A DNA stretch of 64,000 bases from Myxococcota bacterium (GTDB lineage Bacteria; Myxococcota_A; UBA9160; UBA4427), in assembly GCA_965250285.1 (NCBI GenBank), contig OZ252299.1, positions 2,720,001 through 2,784,000 of the forward strand. Reading direction: 5' to 3'. Shown in pieces: positions 9,970 through 18,192 of this stretch (positions are counted from its first letter, which is position 1; each line of letters starts with the position of its first letter). The notes under the pieces are model-generated. The model was not told the DNA's origin. It made no database searches and saw nothing but the letters and a program-made list of their open reading frames with translations. Made by a program: the position numbers and the translations under genes.

Positions 9970-10097
9970 CCGGCGCCGTCGAGCAGGAGCAGGTGGCAGG
10001 CGATCGGTGGATGCAGCGGCAGACGCGTTGAGAGGGTCGGACGTCCGAGCCGGCCGGCGGTCCGGTTGGGGGACCGCTGCTGCATGAGGGGGACACC

Positions 10098-11252
10098 ATG
10101 CGCGTGATCGCGATCGTGAATCAGAAGGGGGGCTGCGGGAAGACGACGACCACCGTCAGCCTCGCCGGGGCGCTCGCCGCCGACGGCAAGCGGGTGCTCG
10201 TGGTGGACATGGATCCGCAGGCCCATGCCACGCTCGCCCTCGGCATCGATCCCGAAGAGCTCGACGAGAACCTCTACGAGGTGCTCGCCGAGTCGTCCGG
10301 CGCCCTGCGCCTCGAGCGCATCCTGATCCGCATCGCGGACGACATTGCCCTCGCCCCGTCGTCGATCGTGCTCTCGGCCGTCGAGCAGAAGCTCGCGGCG
10401 CTGCGCGACGACGCACGCACCGAGCGGCTCGGACGCGCGCTGAACGCGCTCGAGACCGAGTTCGACTACGTCCTCATCGACTGCCCGCCGAACGTCGGGC
10501 TCTTGACCTTCAACGCGCTGCGGGCCGCGAGTGAAGTGATCGTGCCCCTCGAGACGAGCTTCTTCGCGATCGACGGTGTCCAGAAGCTGCTCGAGACGAT
10601 CGCCCTGCTCTCGGATCGCATCGGCCACGACCTCGCCGTGCGGATCCTGCCGACGCTCTACGACGGGCGCACGCGATACGCCCGGGAGACGCTCGGCGAC
10701 ATCCGCGAGCTCTTCAAGGATCTGTGCTTCGACGCCGTGATCCGCCAGAACGTCAAGCTGCGGGAGGCCGCCCGCCACGGCGTGCCGATCGGTCAGTACG
10801 CACCGTCGGCCAACGGCGCCCTCGACTATGCGGCGGTCGCGCTCGAGCTCGACGCGGCCGTCCCCGATGCACCCAGCCCGACGCTCGAAGAGGCCGACGC
10901 CGCCATCGCACCGGTGCCCCTCGCCCCGGCGCGTCGCGCCGAGATCGCTGCCCAGCCCGGCGCCGAAGGCGCGGGCTTCGCCGGTCGAGAGGTCGTGATC
11001 CACTTTCGAGACGACGACGCACGAGACGTGCGGATCGCGGGCGACTTCAACGGCTGGGTGCCCGACAAGGGTGTGCATTCGATGACCGAAGCCGACGGCA
11101 AGACCACGGTCTGGACGAAGGTGCTGAACCTGCCGCCCGGGACCTATCAGTATCGGTACGTGGTCGATGGCGAATGGCGCGCCGATCCCGCAAACCCCGA
11201 ATCGACCCAGGGCCCGGCCGGCAAGCCGAACTCGGTGCTGCACGTCCGCTAG
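10098..11252 (+). CDS. ParA/Soj-family ATPase fused to a C-terminal CBM48/AMPK-beta-type glycogen-binding domain
   Basis: NQKGGCGKTT, DMDPQ, IDCPP, YDGRT, IRQNVKLREA; from about aa 298 VRIAGDFNGW...LPPGTYQYRYVVDGEWRADPANP...NSVL; GAGGGG RBS upstream. Confidence 0.9.
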   Translation: MRVIAIVNQKGGCGKTTTTVSLAGALAADGKRVLVVDMDPQAHATLALGIDPEELDENLYEVLAESSGALRLERILIRIADDIALAPSSIVLSAVEQKLAALRDDARTERLGRALNALETEFDYVLIDCPPNVGLLTFNALRAASEVIVPLETSFFAIDGVQKLLETIALLSDRIGHDLAVRILPTLYDGRTRYARETLGDIRELFKDLCFDAVIRQNVKLREAARHGVPIGQYAPSANGALDYAAVALELDAAVPDAPSPTLEEADAAIAPVPLAPARRAEIAAQPGAEGAGFAGREVVIHFRDDDARDVRIAGDFNGWVPDKGVHSMTEADGKTTVWTKVLNLPPGTYQYRYVVDGEWRADPANPESTQGPAGKPNSVLHVR

Positions 11253-11406
11253 CGCGGTGCTTCGAAGCCCCAAAGAGAGCCGTGGAAGCGCGGTACTTCG
11301 AAGCCGCGAGGAGAGCCCTCGAAGCGCGGTGCTTCGAAGCCGCGAGGAGAGCCGTCGAAGCGCGGTGCTTCGAAGCCGCGAGGAGAGCCGTCGAAGCGCC
11401 GTGCCC
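11252..11406. repeat. 36-bp direct tandem repeat, 4 copies plus a partial copy
   Basis: Unit GCGCGGTGCTTCGAAGCCGCGAGGAGAGCCGTCGAA at 11252, 11288, 11324, 11360 and partial at 11396; no spacers. Confidence 0.95.
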
Positions 11407-12348
11407 CGAGAGCTGTCGGACGTCCTGCACTACTTCCTGCCCGTCGACGCACCCGCGCCCGCGTCGCCGAACGCGGTCACCGACACGCGTCTCGAACCCC
11501 GGCCGCCGGCCGCGAGCGACGCCGAGCGCGAAGCGCGCCCCGCCCCGGTCCCGCCCGACCACGCCCGCTCCCACGCCCCCGCCCACGCCCACGCCCCCGA
11601 CAAGCGGCGTGGCGCGGTCGCGCCGACCCTCCCGATCGTCGCGGTGCCCGTCGCCTTCGACGACGAGGTGCGCGCCGCTCTGCTCTGGAACCTGAGCATC
11701 GAGATCGCCCGATGCGGTGGGCACAGCCTGCTCCTGCGCCCTGCGCGCCCGGCGCACGAGCCCGCGCAGCGAACGGGCGAGTCCACGCGGTCGTCGGCCG
11801 AGTCCATGTGGCCGCCGCCTGGCCGCCAGCCCCTCGGTGCCGAACTGATCGAAGCTCGCGCGCGCAATCTCGGTGACCTCTACCGCGCGGCGGTCGACGC
11901 CGCGCTGCTGCGCTCGGGCGGCGGGGGGCCGGGCCTGGTGCTGGTTCAGACCCCGGCCGACTGGCTCGCAGCGCCAGGCGACGGGGCCCCACTGCTCGAA
12001 TGGGCGCTGCTGCTCACGCGGAGCGAGCCCGGCGATCTGCGCGCGACCTGGCGGCTGGCGCGCCACCTCACAGGCGCGCGGCCCGGCGGGCGCCTGGGCA
12101 TCACGATTCACGGCGCGACCAGCCGTCGCGCCGCCGAGCGCGGCTTCGCCGCCCTGGCGCGGGCCGCGCGCGAAAGACTCGCGCGCGAAGTCGCGAGCTA
12201 TGGGCTGCTCGCCGACGACCTGCATGTCTACCGAGCCATCACCGATCGACGCCCGATCGGCGTCAGCCAGCCTCAGAGCCTCGCAGCGCGGGCGCTTCAC
12301 GACGTCGCGGGCACGCTGCTCGACGACGCGGCCGAGCTGCACGCCTGA
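11401..12348 (+). CDS. Hypothetical protein, degenerate MinD/FlhG-like fold without a Walker A motif
   Basis: GTG start MPRELSDVLHYFL; Pro/Ala linker; C-terminus GLLADDLHVYRAITDRRPIGVSQPQSLAARALHDVA resembles FlhG/MinD C-termini; start could lie at an in-frame GTG inside the repeat. Confidence 0.6.
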   Translation: MPRELSDVLHYFLPVDAPAPASPNAVTDTRLEPRPPAASDAEREARPAPVPPDHARSHAPAHAHAPDKRRGAVAPTLPIVAVPVAFDDEVRAALLWNLSIEIARCGGHSLLLRPARPAHEPAQRTGESTRSSAESMWPPPGRQPLGAELIEARARNLGDLYRAAVDAALLRSGGGGPGLVLVQTPADWLAAPGDGAPLLEWALLLTRSEPGDLRATWRLARHLTGARPGGRLGITIHGATSRRAAERGFAALARAARERLAREVASYGLLADDLHVYRAITDRRPIGVSQPQSLAARALHDVAGTLLDDAAELHA

Positions 12349-12485
12349 CGCGCCCCATCCCGCGTCGATCGATCGCCGCAAACCGGAACGTCGCGTCCAA
12401 GCCGCATTTCGACCGTGCGCCCTGCGACCGGCCGCGCGCGAAACGGCCCGGACGCTGCGCGTCGTCGCCGGTACCCTGCACGGCG

Positions 12486-13220
12486 ATGCAGCCAAAGAGT
12501 GAATCCGACGCGAAGACCGGCAGCACGAGACCGCGCACCTCGGTCGCGAAGGGCCCCGCGGCCGGGGCCTCGGTGCTCGACCGGATCCAGCGGGCCCTGC
12601 CCGGGCTCGAGTCGGGGCTGCGCCTGCTCGCCGACGGCTTGCCCGCACCGAGCGGCCTGATCGACGTGCTCGGCGTCGACGCGGCCGGTCGGCCGGTCCT
12701 CGTCTTCGTCGTCGAAGGCGCGCACGCGGACGACGGCCGGGTCGCCCTCGGACTCGCGCGGGCGCTCGGGGCCCGGGCCTGGCTCCAGAGCGAGCAGCCG
12801 GGCTGGCTGCAGCTCGTGCCCGAGATCGCCCGGAGCGACGTCGTCGTGCCCCGCTGTCTGCTCCTGGTCCGCAGCCTGTCGCCGATGCTCCGCGCCGCGA
12901 TCGAAGCGCTCCCCGACCGCTGGATCGAGCCCGTCGTCTATCGCCCGTTCTCGCACGGCGGCGACGACTTCCTGCTTCTCGAACAGCTCGCCCCGCCCGC
13001 GCCCGACACCGCCCGGGGCGCGTCCGAGCCGGACGGCGACCCGCGACCGACCGATCCGCCAACGGCCGACGGCCCGCCCCTGCCCCCGCTGCGCAGCCGG
13101 CTGACGGAAGCCGACTTTCGCGCCGACCCCGTGTCGCAGTCGGCCCAGGCGCGCCCCCGCTTCGAGCCCGCCGAGGATCGAGCGCCCGACGACCCGCCCC
13201 CTCTGGGGAAGTCTCGCTGA
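12486..13220 (+). CDS. Hypothetical protein with a degenerate NucS/PD-(D/E)XK-like segment
   Basis: LESGLRLLADGLPAPSGLIDVLGVDAAGRPVLV pattern; Pro-rich C-terminus; start uncertain. Confidence 0.55.
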   Translation: MQPKSESDAKTGSTRPRTSVAKGPAAGASVLDRIQRALPGLESGLRLLADGLPAPSGLIDVLGVDAAGRPVLVFVVEGAHADDGRVALGLARALGARAWLQSEQPGWLQLVPEIARSDVVVPRCLLLVRSLSPMLRAAIEALPDRWIEPVVYRPFSHGGDDFLLLEQLAPPAPDTARGASEPDGDPRPTDPPTADGPPLPPLRSRLTEADFRADPVSQSAQARPRFEPAEDRAPDDPPPLGKSR

Positions 13221-13352
13221 CTTTTTTCGGCACTCGGTGACAAATTTTGACACCCCGCGGCCCGAGCCGGTCACTCCCTACCGAGGGGGCGCTGTATCTG
13301 GGATCGGCCCCCCCACCGAGGCTGAACCTGGGGGAGCCAAGGGGATTGTGCC

Positions 13353-13940
13353 GTGGCGGCTGCTGCTGATGTGTCCGAATCGACCAATGCGAAGCGAACT
13401 GCGAGCGACGAAGAGCTGATCGACGCCCTGCGCAAGGGCGACCGAGCGGCCTTCGATTCGCTGTACGACCGCTATTTCATTCGCGTCTTCCGCTTCACCG
13501 AGAAGCGCCTGCGAAACCGCGCCGACGCGGAAGAAACCACGCAGGAAGTCTTCATCAACGTGCTCGGCTCGATCGAGTCGTTCCGAGGCGAGGCGCCGTT
13601 CGCGGCGTGGGTCTTCGGGATCACGCGCCGCACGATCGCGTCGCGCTTCAAGCGCAAGCGACACGCGATGGTGCCGCTCGTCGACCAGGAGCCCGAGCCG
13701 ACGCGCAGCGGCGGCCCGACCGCCGACCCCTCGCCCATCGAGGTCGTCGAGTACCAGGAGCGATTGAGTCAGCTCGAAGACACCCTCGAGCACAAGCTCT
13801 CGCCCGAGCAGCGCATGCTCTTCAAGCTGCACCACATCGAGGATCGACCGATCAGCGAGATCGCGAGTCGCCTCGACAAGACCGAAGATGCGGTGAAGTC
13901 GCATCTCTACCGAGCGCGGCGGCTGCTGCTCCAACGCTGA
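13353..13940 (+). CDS. ECF (group 4) RNA polymerase sigma factor
   Basis: SDEELI...GDRAAFDSLYDRY; DAEETTQEVF; FRGEAPFAAWVFGITRR; region 4 SEIASRLDKTEDAVKSHLYRARRLL. Confidence 0.92.
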   Translation: MAAAADVSESTNAKRTASDEELIDALRKGDRAAFDSLYDRYFIRVFRFTEKRLRNRADAEETTQEVFINVLGSIESFRGEAPFAAWVFGITRRTIASRFKRKRHAMVPLVDQEPEPTRSGGPTADPSPIEVVEYQERLSQLEDTLEHKLSPEQRMLFKLHHIEDRPISEIASRLDKTEDAVKSHLYRARRLLLQR

Positions 13941-14078
13941 AGCGGCTGAAGGGCCCGAACCCGACTCGTCGGGTCGTCGTCTCGCCTCGTGCGGGTCGCC
14001 CGGGACCGGTGCATCGCCGCCGGCCGAGCTCCAGCCCAACCCGATCACACCCGGGCCATGCTGCTAGACTGCGCGGCC

Positions 14079-14939
14079 ATGCCGACGCCTCCGCCCGCTG
14101 CTGAAGAGCTCGTGCGCACGCTCCGCGACCGCACCGAGCGCGTCCAGCCGCTCTCTGCCCAGAGCTGGCCGATCGATCCGCCGGCCGGCTTCGAGGGGCT
14201 CGCCTGTACGCGCTTCGAGCTCTCTTCGCGCGGCGATCGCGTGCCTGGCCACCTGCTCGAGCCCGATCGCGACCCCGCCGCCCGGCGCCCCCTCGTCCTG
14301 CTGCAGCACGGCGCCGGGGGCGATCGCCACAGCCTGTATCTGCAGGTCGCGCGGCGCTGGGTCGAAGCCGGGACCGCCGTCGCGACCATCGACTTTCCGC
14401 TGCACGGCGAACGGCGCAGCCCAAAGCTGAGCGAGCTGCTGCTGCTCAGCATCTCGAGCGGCGTGCGCGGCGAAGGTGCGGCGACCGGCGACGCGTCGGC
14501 CGACCCGCGCGCGCTGTTTCGCGGCTTCGCGCAGCAGGCGGTCGCCGACCTGCGCGCCACCCTCGACCATCTGCTCGACGCCCCGCGCATCAACGGCGAC
14601 CGCTGTGCCTACGCGGCGTTCAGCCTGGGATCGATCCTCGGCAGCCTGTTCCTCGCCGTCGACGAGCGCCCCAGGGCCGCGGCGCTCGCACTCGGTGGCG
14701 GTGGCTTCGGCCCGACCGACCTCGACCCGGCCTCCTACATCGGCGCCTTCGCGCCGCGGCCCCTCCTGATGATCAACGCGTCGAAGGACGAGGTCATCGT
14801 CCCCGCAGCGGGCGAGGCGCTCTTCGCCGCGGCGAACGAACCGCGCGAGATCGAGTGGTACGAGACGGGCCATGACCACCTGCCCGGCGTCGCGCTCAAG
14901 CGCATGTGGCTCCATCTCTCGGGCGCGCTCGCCGACTGA
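14079..14939 (+). CDS. Alpha/beta-fold hydrolase
   Basis: VLLQHGAGG, IDFPLHGER, nucleophile elbow AFSLG, Asp in SKDEVI, His in TGHDH. Confidence 0.8.
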   Translation: MPTPPPAAEELVRTLRDRTERVQPLSAQSWPIDPPAGFEGLACTRFELSSRGDRVPGHLLEPDRDPAARRPLVLLQHGAGGDRHSLYLQVARRWVEAGTAVATIDFPLHGERRSPKLSELLLLSISSGVRGEGAATGDASADPRALFRGFAQQAVADLRATLDHLLDAPRINGDRCAYAAFSLGSILGSLFLAVDERPRAAALALGGGGFGPTDLDPASYIGAFAPRPLLMINASKDEVIVPAAGEALFAAANEPREIEWYETGHDHLPGVALKRMWLHLSGALAD

Positions 14940-14997
14940 CGATCGCCCCCCTTCGACCCGGCCGCCTCGGGGCGCGCCGCAGCGCGAGGATCCCGGC

Positions 14998-16074
14998 ATG
15001 AGCCTGCGACACCGAACCCACTCGCGGGGACGCGCCCAGCGCTGCCGGACGTTGGCGCTCGGGGCGATCGGGGCGATCGGGGCGTGCGCCCTCATCGCGG
15101 TCGGTTGCGCGACGAAGGTGCCGAAGACGCCCGAATCGCCGACGGCCGCCGTGGTCGGGAAACACACGATCACGATCGGAGACGTCGACGACGAGATCAA
15201 GCAGCAGCTCTTCGACGATCAGTTCCCCGCCGGCGACTCGTCGCGACTCTTCGACGCACGCGAGGCAGCGCTCGATGATCTGGTCGACCGACAGGTCGTC
15301 GAACAGGCCTCTGTGGGCTCGGGGCTCACGCCCGATGCCTGGCTGAAGCAGGAGGCCGAGAAGCGCTACCCGGTCACCGAGGACGAGATCGACGCGTTCT
15401 GGCAGCAGTACGAGCATCGCCTGCCGAAGGATCGGCCGGAGAAGGATCTGCGCGCCGACATCCGTGCCTACCTGATCGAAGAGAACGAGAAGGAGGTGCT
15501 GCAGGAGCTGCGACAGGAGGCGCGCATCCGTCGCGTGCTCGCGCGTCCGCGGCACGAGGTCGCGCCGCGGGGCGAGCCGAAGGGGCCGGCGGGCGCGCCG
15601 ATCACCATCGTCGAGTTCAGCGACTTCGAGTGCCCCTTCTGCCTGCGCGCGATCCCGACGCTGCAGTCGCTGCTCGAAGCGTACCCGGACCAGATCCGGC
15701 TCTACTACCGCCATCTCCCGCTGCCGAGTCATGCGCGCGCACGACCCGCCGCCATCGCGTCGGTCTGCGCCGAGCAGCAGGGCGAGTTCTGGGCCTACCA
15801 CGACGTGCTCTTCCAGCATCCCCGCGCGCTCAGCGATGCCGATCTGCGCACCTACGCCGAGCAGCTCGGCCTCGACATGGTCCGCTTCGATGCGTGTCTC
15901 ACGAGCGACGAAGCGGCGGCGCGGGTCGACGAAGACATGGAGGCGGCGAATGAGCTCGCGGTCACCGGCACGCCGACCTTCTTCGTCAACGGCATCCGCC
16001 TGCGCGGTGCGCAGCCGCTCGCGAAGTTCAAGCGCGTCGTCGATCAGGAGCTGGCCGCGATGGAGCAGCCCTAG
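14998..16074 (+). CDS. DsbA/thioredoxin-fold lipoprotein with a SurA-N-like N-terminal domain
   Basis: Lipobox [18 protein letters not shown] (CxxC); cis-Pro loop [11 protein letters not shown]. Confidence 0.85.
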   Translation: MSLRHRTHSRGRAQRCRTLALGAIGAIGACALIAVGCATKVPKTPESPTAAVVGKHTITIGDVDDEIKQQLFDDQFPAGDSSRLFDAREAALDDLVDRQVVEQASVGSGLTPDAWLKQEAEKRYPVTEDEIDAFWQQYEHRLPKDRPEKDLRADIRAYLIEENEKEVLQELRQEARIRRVLARPRHEVAPRGEPKGPAGAPITIVEFSDFECPFCLRAIPTLQSLLEAYPDQIRLYYRHLPLPSHARARPAAIASVCAEQQGEFWAYHDVLFQHPRALSDADLRTYAEQLGLDMVRFDACLTSDEAAARVDEDMEAANELAVTGTPTFFVNGIRLRGAQPLAKFKRVVDQELAAMEQP

Positions 16075-16094
16075 CCAGCGAAGCCCGATTCGCG

Positions 16095-17435
16095 TCAGGC
16101 GAGCTCGGCGATGCGCGCGAGCATCGCGTCGCGTTCCCGCTCCATCTTTTCCCGCGTGTCCGCCTCGAGGTTCAGGCGCAGCACCGGCTCGGTGTTGCTC
16201 GGCCGCAGGTTGAACCACCAGTCGGGATAGCGCACGAGCAGCCCGTCGAGCATCGAGATCTCGGGCGCTTCGGCATGCTCGCCCCGAATCGTCTCGATGA
16301 CGGCCGCGGGATCGCGGACCTTCGAGTTGATCTCGCCGCTCTGCTCGTAGCGCCGCAACGGGTCGACGATCTCGGAGAGCTTGCGTCCCTCGGCCCCGAG
16401 CACGTCGAGCGCCGCGACGAAGGCCGCGGTGCCGTCGTCGGCGATCAGATCCCCGTCGAAGCGAAAGTAGGTGTGACCGGAGAGCTCGCCGGCGAAGAGC
16501 GCGCCCTCGTCGCGCATCTGCGCCTTCACGAACGAGTGCCCGACGCGGCACATCGCCGCGCGTCCACCGGCCGCCTCGACCTCTTCCGCGACGACGCGAC
16601 TCGATCGGAGGTCGTAGAGCACCAGGGCGCCGGGCTCGCGCTCGAGCTGATGGCGGGCCATCACGGCCGTCATGAGGTCGGACGAGATGGGCCGTCCGTT
16701 CTCGTCGACGAACACCGCGCGGTCGCCGTCGCCATCGAAAGCCACACCGAAGTCGGCCCCGACGCGGCGTACGGCTTCACCCACGTCTTCGAGGTTCTCG
16801 ACCTTGAGCGGGTCGGCTTCATGATTGGGGAACGTGCCGTCGGGCTCGAAGTAGAGGCGCTCGACATCGAGGTCGAGTCGCTCCAACAGCGGCTCGAGAC
16901 CGACGCTCGCCATGCCGTTGCCGCAGTCGATCGCCACCTTGAGCGCGGGCCGATGGGTGCCGACCGAGAGCGCATGATCGACGTAGCCCGCGCGGACGTC
17001 GATCGTCTCGACCGAGCCCGCGCGATCGGCGGCGGGCGCCGCTTGGCGCTCGGGCACCAGCGCCTCGATCTGCTTCAGCCCCGTGGCCTCGCCGATCGGG
17101 ATCGCGCGCTCTCGGCACACCTTGAAGCCGTTGTACTGCCCGGGGTTGTGCGACGCGGTCACCATGATGCCGCCCCCCAGGCCCTGCGCGTTCACCGCGA
17201 AGTACATCATCGGGGTACTCACCAAGCCGAGGTCGATGACGTCGACCCCCTCCTCGGTGATGCCCCGAATCAACGCGGCGTGCAGCTCGGGCGAGTGCGT
17301 CCGCGCGTCACGACCCACGGCGAGCCGCGTCGCCCCGATGAAGTGCGCCGCCGCGCGGCCGACGCCATGCGCGAGGTCGGCGTTCAGTTGATCGGGCACG
17401 GTGCCCCGAATGTCGTATGCCTTGAAGACCGCCAA
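16095..17435 (-). CDS. Phosphomannomutase/phosphoglucomutase
   Basis: [38 protein letters not shown] start behind a GGAG RBS. Confidence 0.92.
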   Translation of the reverse strand: MAVFKAYDIRGTVPDQLNADLAHGVGRAAAHFIGATRLAVGRDARTHSPELHAALIRGITEEGVDVIDLGLVSTPMMYFAVNAQGLGGGIMVTASHNPGQYNGFKVCRERAIPIGEATGLKQIEALVPERQAAPAADRAGSVETIDVRAGYVDHALSVGTHRPALKVAIDCGNGMASVGLEPLLERLDLDVERLYFEPDGTFPNHEADPLKVENLEDVGEAVRRVGADFGVAFDGDGDRAVFVDENGRPISSDLMTAVMARHQLEREPGALVLYDLRSSRVVAEEVEAAGGRAAMCRVGHSFVKAQMRDEGALFAGELSGHTYFRFDGDLIADDGTAAFVAALDVLGAEGRKLSEIVDPLRRYEQSGEINSKVRDPAAVIETIRGEHAEAPEISMLDGLLVRYPDWWFNLRPSNTEPVLRLNLEADTREKMERERDAMLARIAELA

Positions 17436-17825
17436 GATCACTCCATACGCAGCACGGGGCTGCAGCTCACTTGCCCATTCGACGCCGACGCCGACGCCGC
17501 CCGGACGCGGCGCGCACACGCACCACACGGTGGCCGGACGTCACCCACGGGCGGGCCGGTTGACCCGTCCGACCACCCAAGGCACCCTCTGCGCGTCGTC
17601 GAACCCCGCACCGAGCGCACGTGGCGGGCACGGGACTCGATCGACTGCGCGGACGACTCACGCCCGACATGGTTCCGTCGGGTTCGGTTCCACCGGCCGT
17701 GGATCGGGCGCGACCCGGCGCGGCTGCGATGGGTGACCGCGCTCAGGCAGAGCGGGCGATCAGCCGATCCGACACATTGGCTGAACCGAGAACCGCGCAC
17801 GGCTGCGCGCGCAATCGATCTCTCG

Positions 17826-17870
17826 ACCGAGAACACAACCGAGAGCTCAACCGAGAGCACAACCCAGAGA
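17826..17870. repeat. Degenerate 12-bp tandem repeat directly upstream of the tatA RBS
   Basis: ACCGAGAACACA ACCGAGAGCTCA ACCGAGAGCACA ACCCAGAGA. Confidence 0.75.
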
Positions 17871-17876
17871 GGAGCG

Positions 17877-18080
17877 ATGATGTTCGGCATGGGTCCCTGG
17901 GAGCTGGGAATCATCCTCGCGATCGTCGTCGTGCTGTTCGGCGCCCGCAGACTACCCGAGATCGGCTCGGGCGTCGGCAAGGCGATCAAGAACTTCAAGG
18001 GCGCCGTCTCGGGCGAAGACGAGATCGACGTCACGCCCGAGAAAGAGAAGCTCGCCGACGGCGACACTGAGTCGAAGTAG
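17877..18080 (+). CDS. tatA: Twin-arginine translocase subunit TatA/E
   Basis: [49 protein letters not shown]. Confidence 0.93.
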   Translation: MMFGMGPWELGIILAIVVVLFGARRLPEIGSGVGKAIKNFKGAVSGEDEIDVTPEKEKLADGDTESK

Positions 18081-18129
18081 CCCGTCGAAGTAGCCCGTCG
18101 AAGTAGCCCGTCGAAGCCAGCCGTCGACG
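18071..18129. repeat. 13-bp tandem repeat that reiterates the tatA stop codon
   Basis: GTCGAAGTAGCCC three times, then GTCGAAGCCAGCC and GTCGACG. Confidence 0.9.
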
Positions 18130-18192
18130 TCACCCGCGCGGCGAACGACGAACCCGTCCCCCCGACCGGCCCATGCTCAATCGGACCTCGGA

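Noticed and set aside
10098..11252. Chromosomal parA of a parABS locus
   Set aside because: No adjacent parB, no parS palindrome seen, no origin-region genes, and an extra CBM48 domain
11252..11406. 36-bp repeats as a CRISPR array
   Set aside because: Units are directly adjacent with no unique spacers, and no cas genes are in the window
15057..15084. 9-bp repeat TCGGGGCGA in the DsbA gene
   Set aside because: It only encodes GAIGAIGA in the signal peptide; too short to interpret
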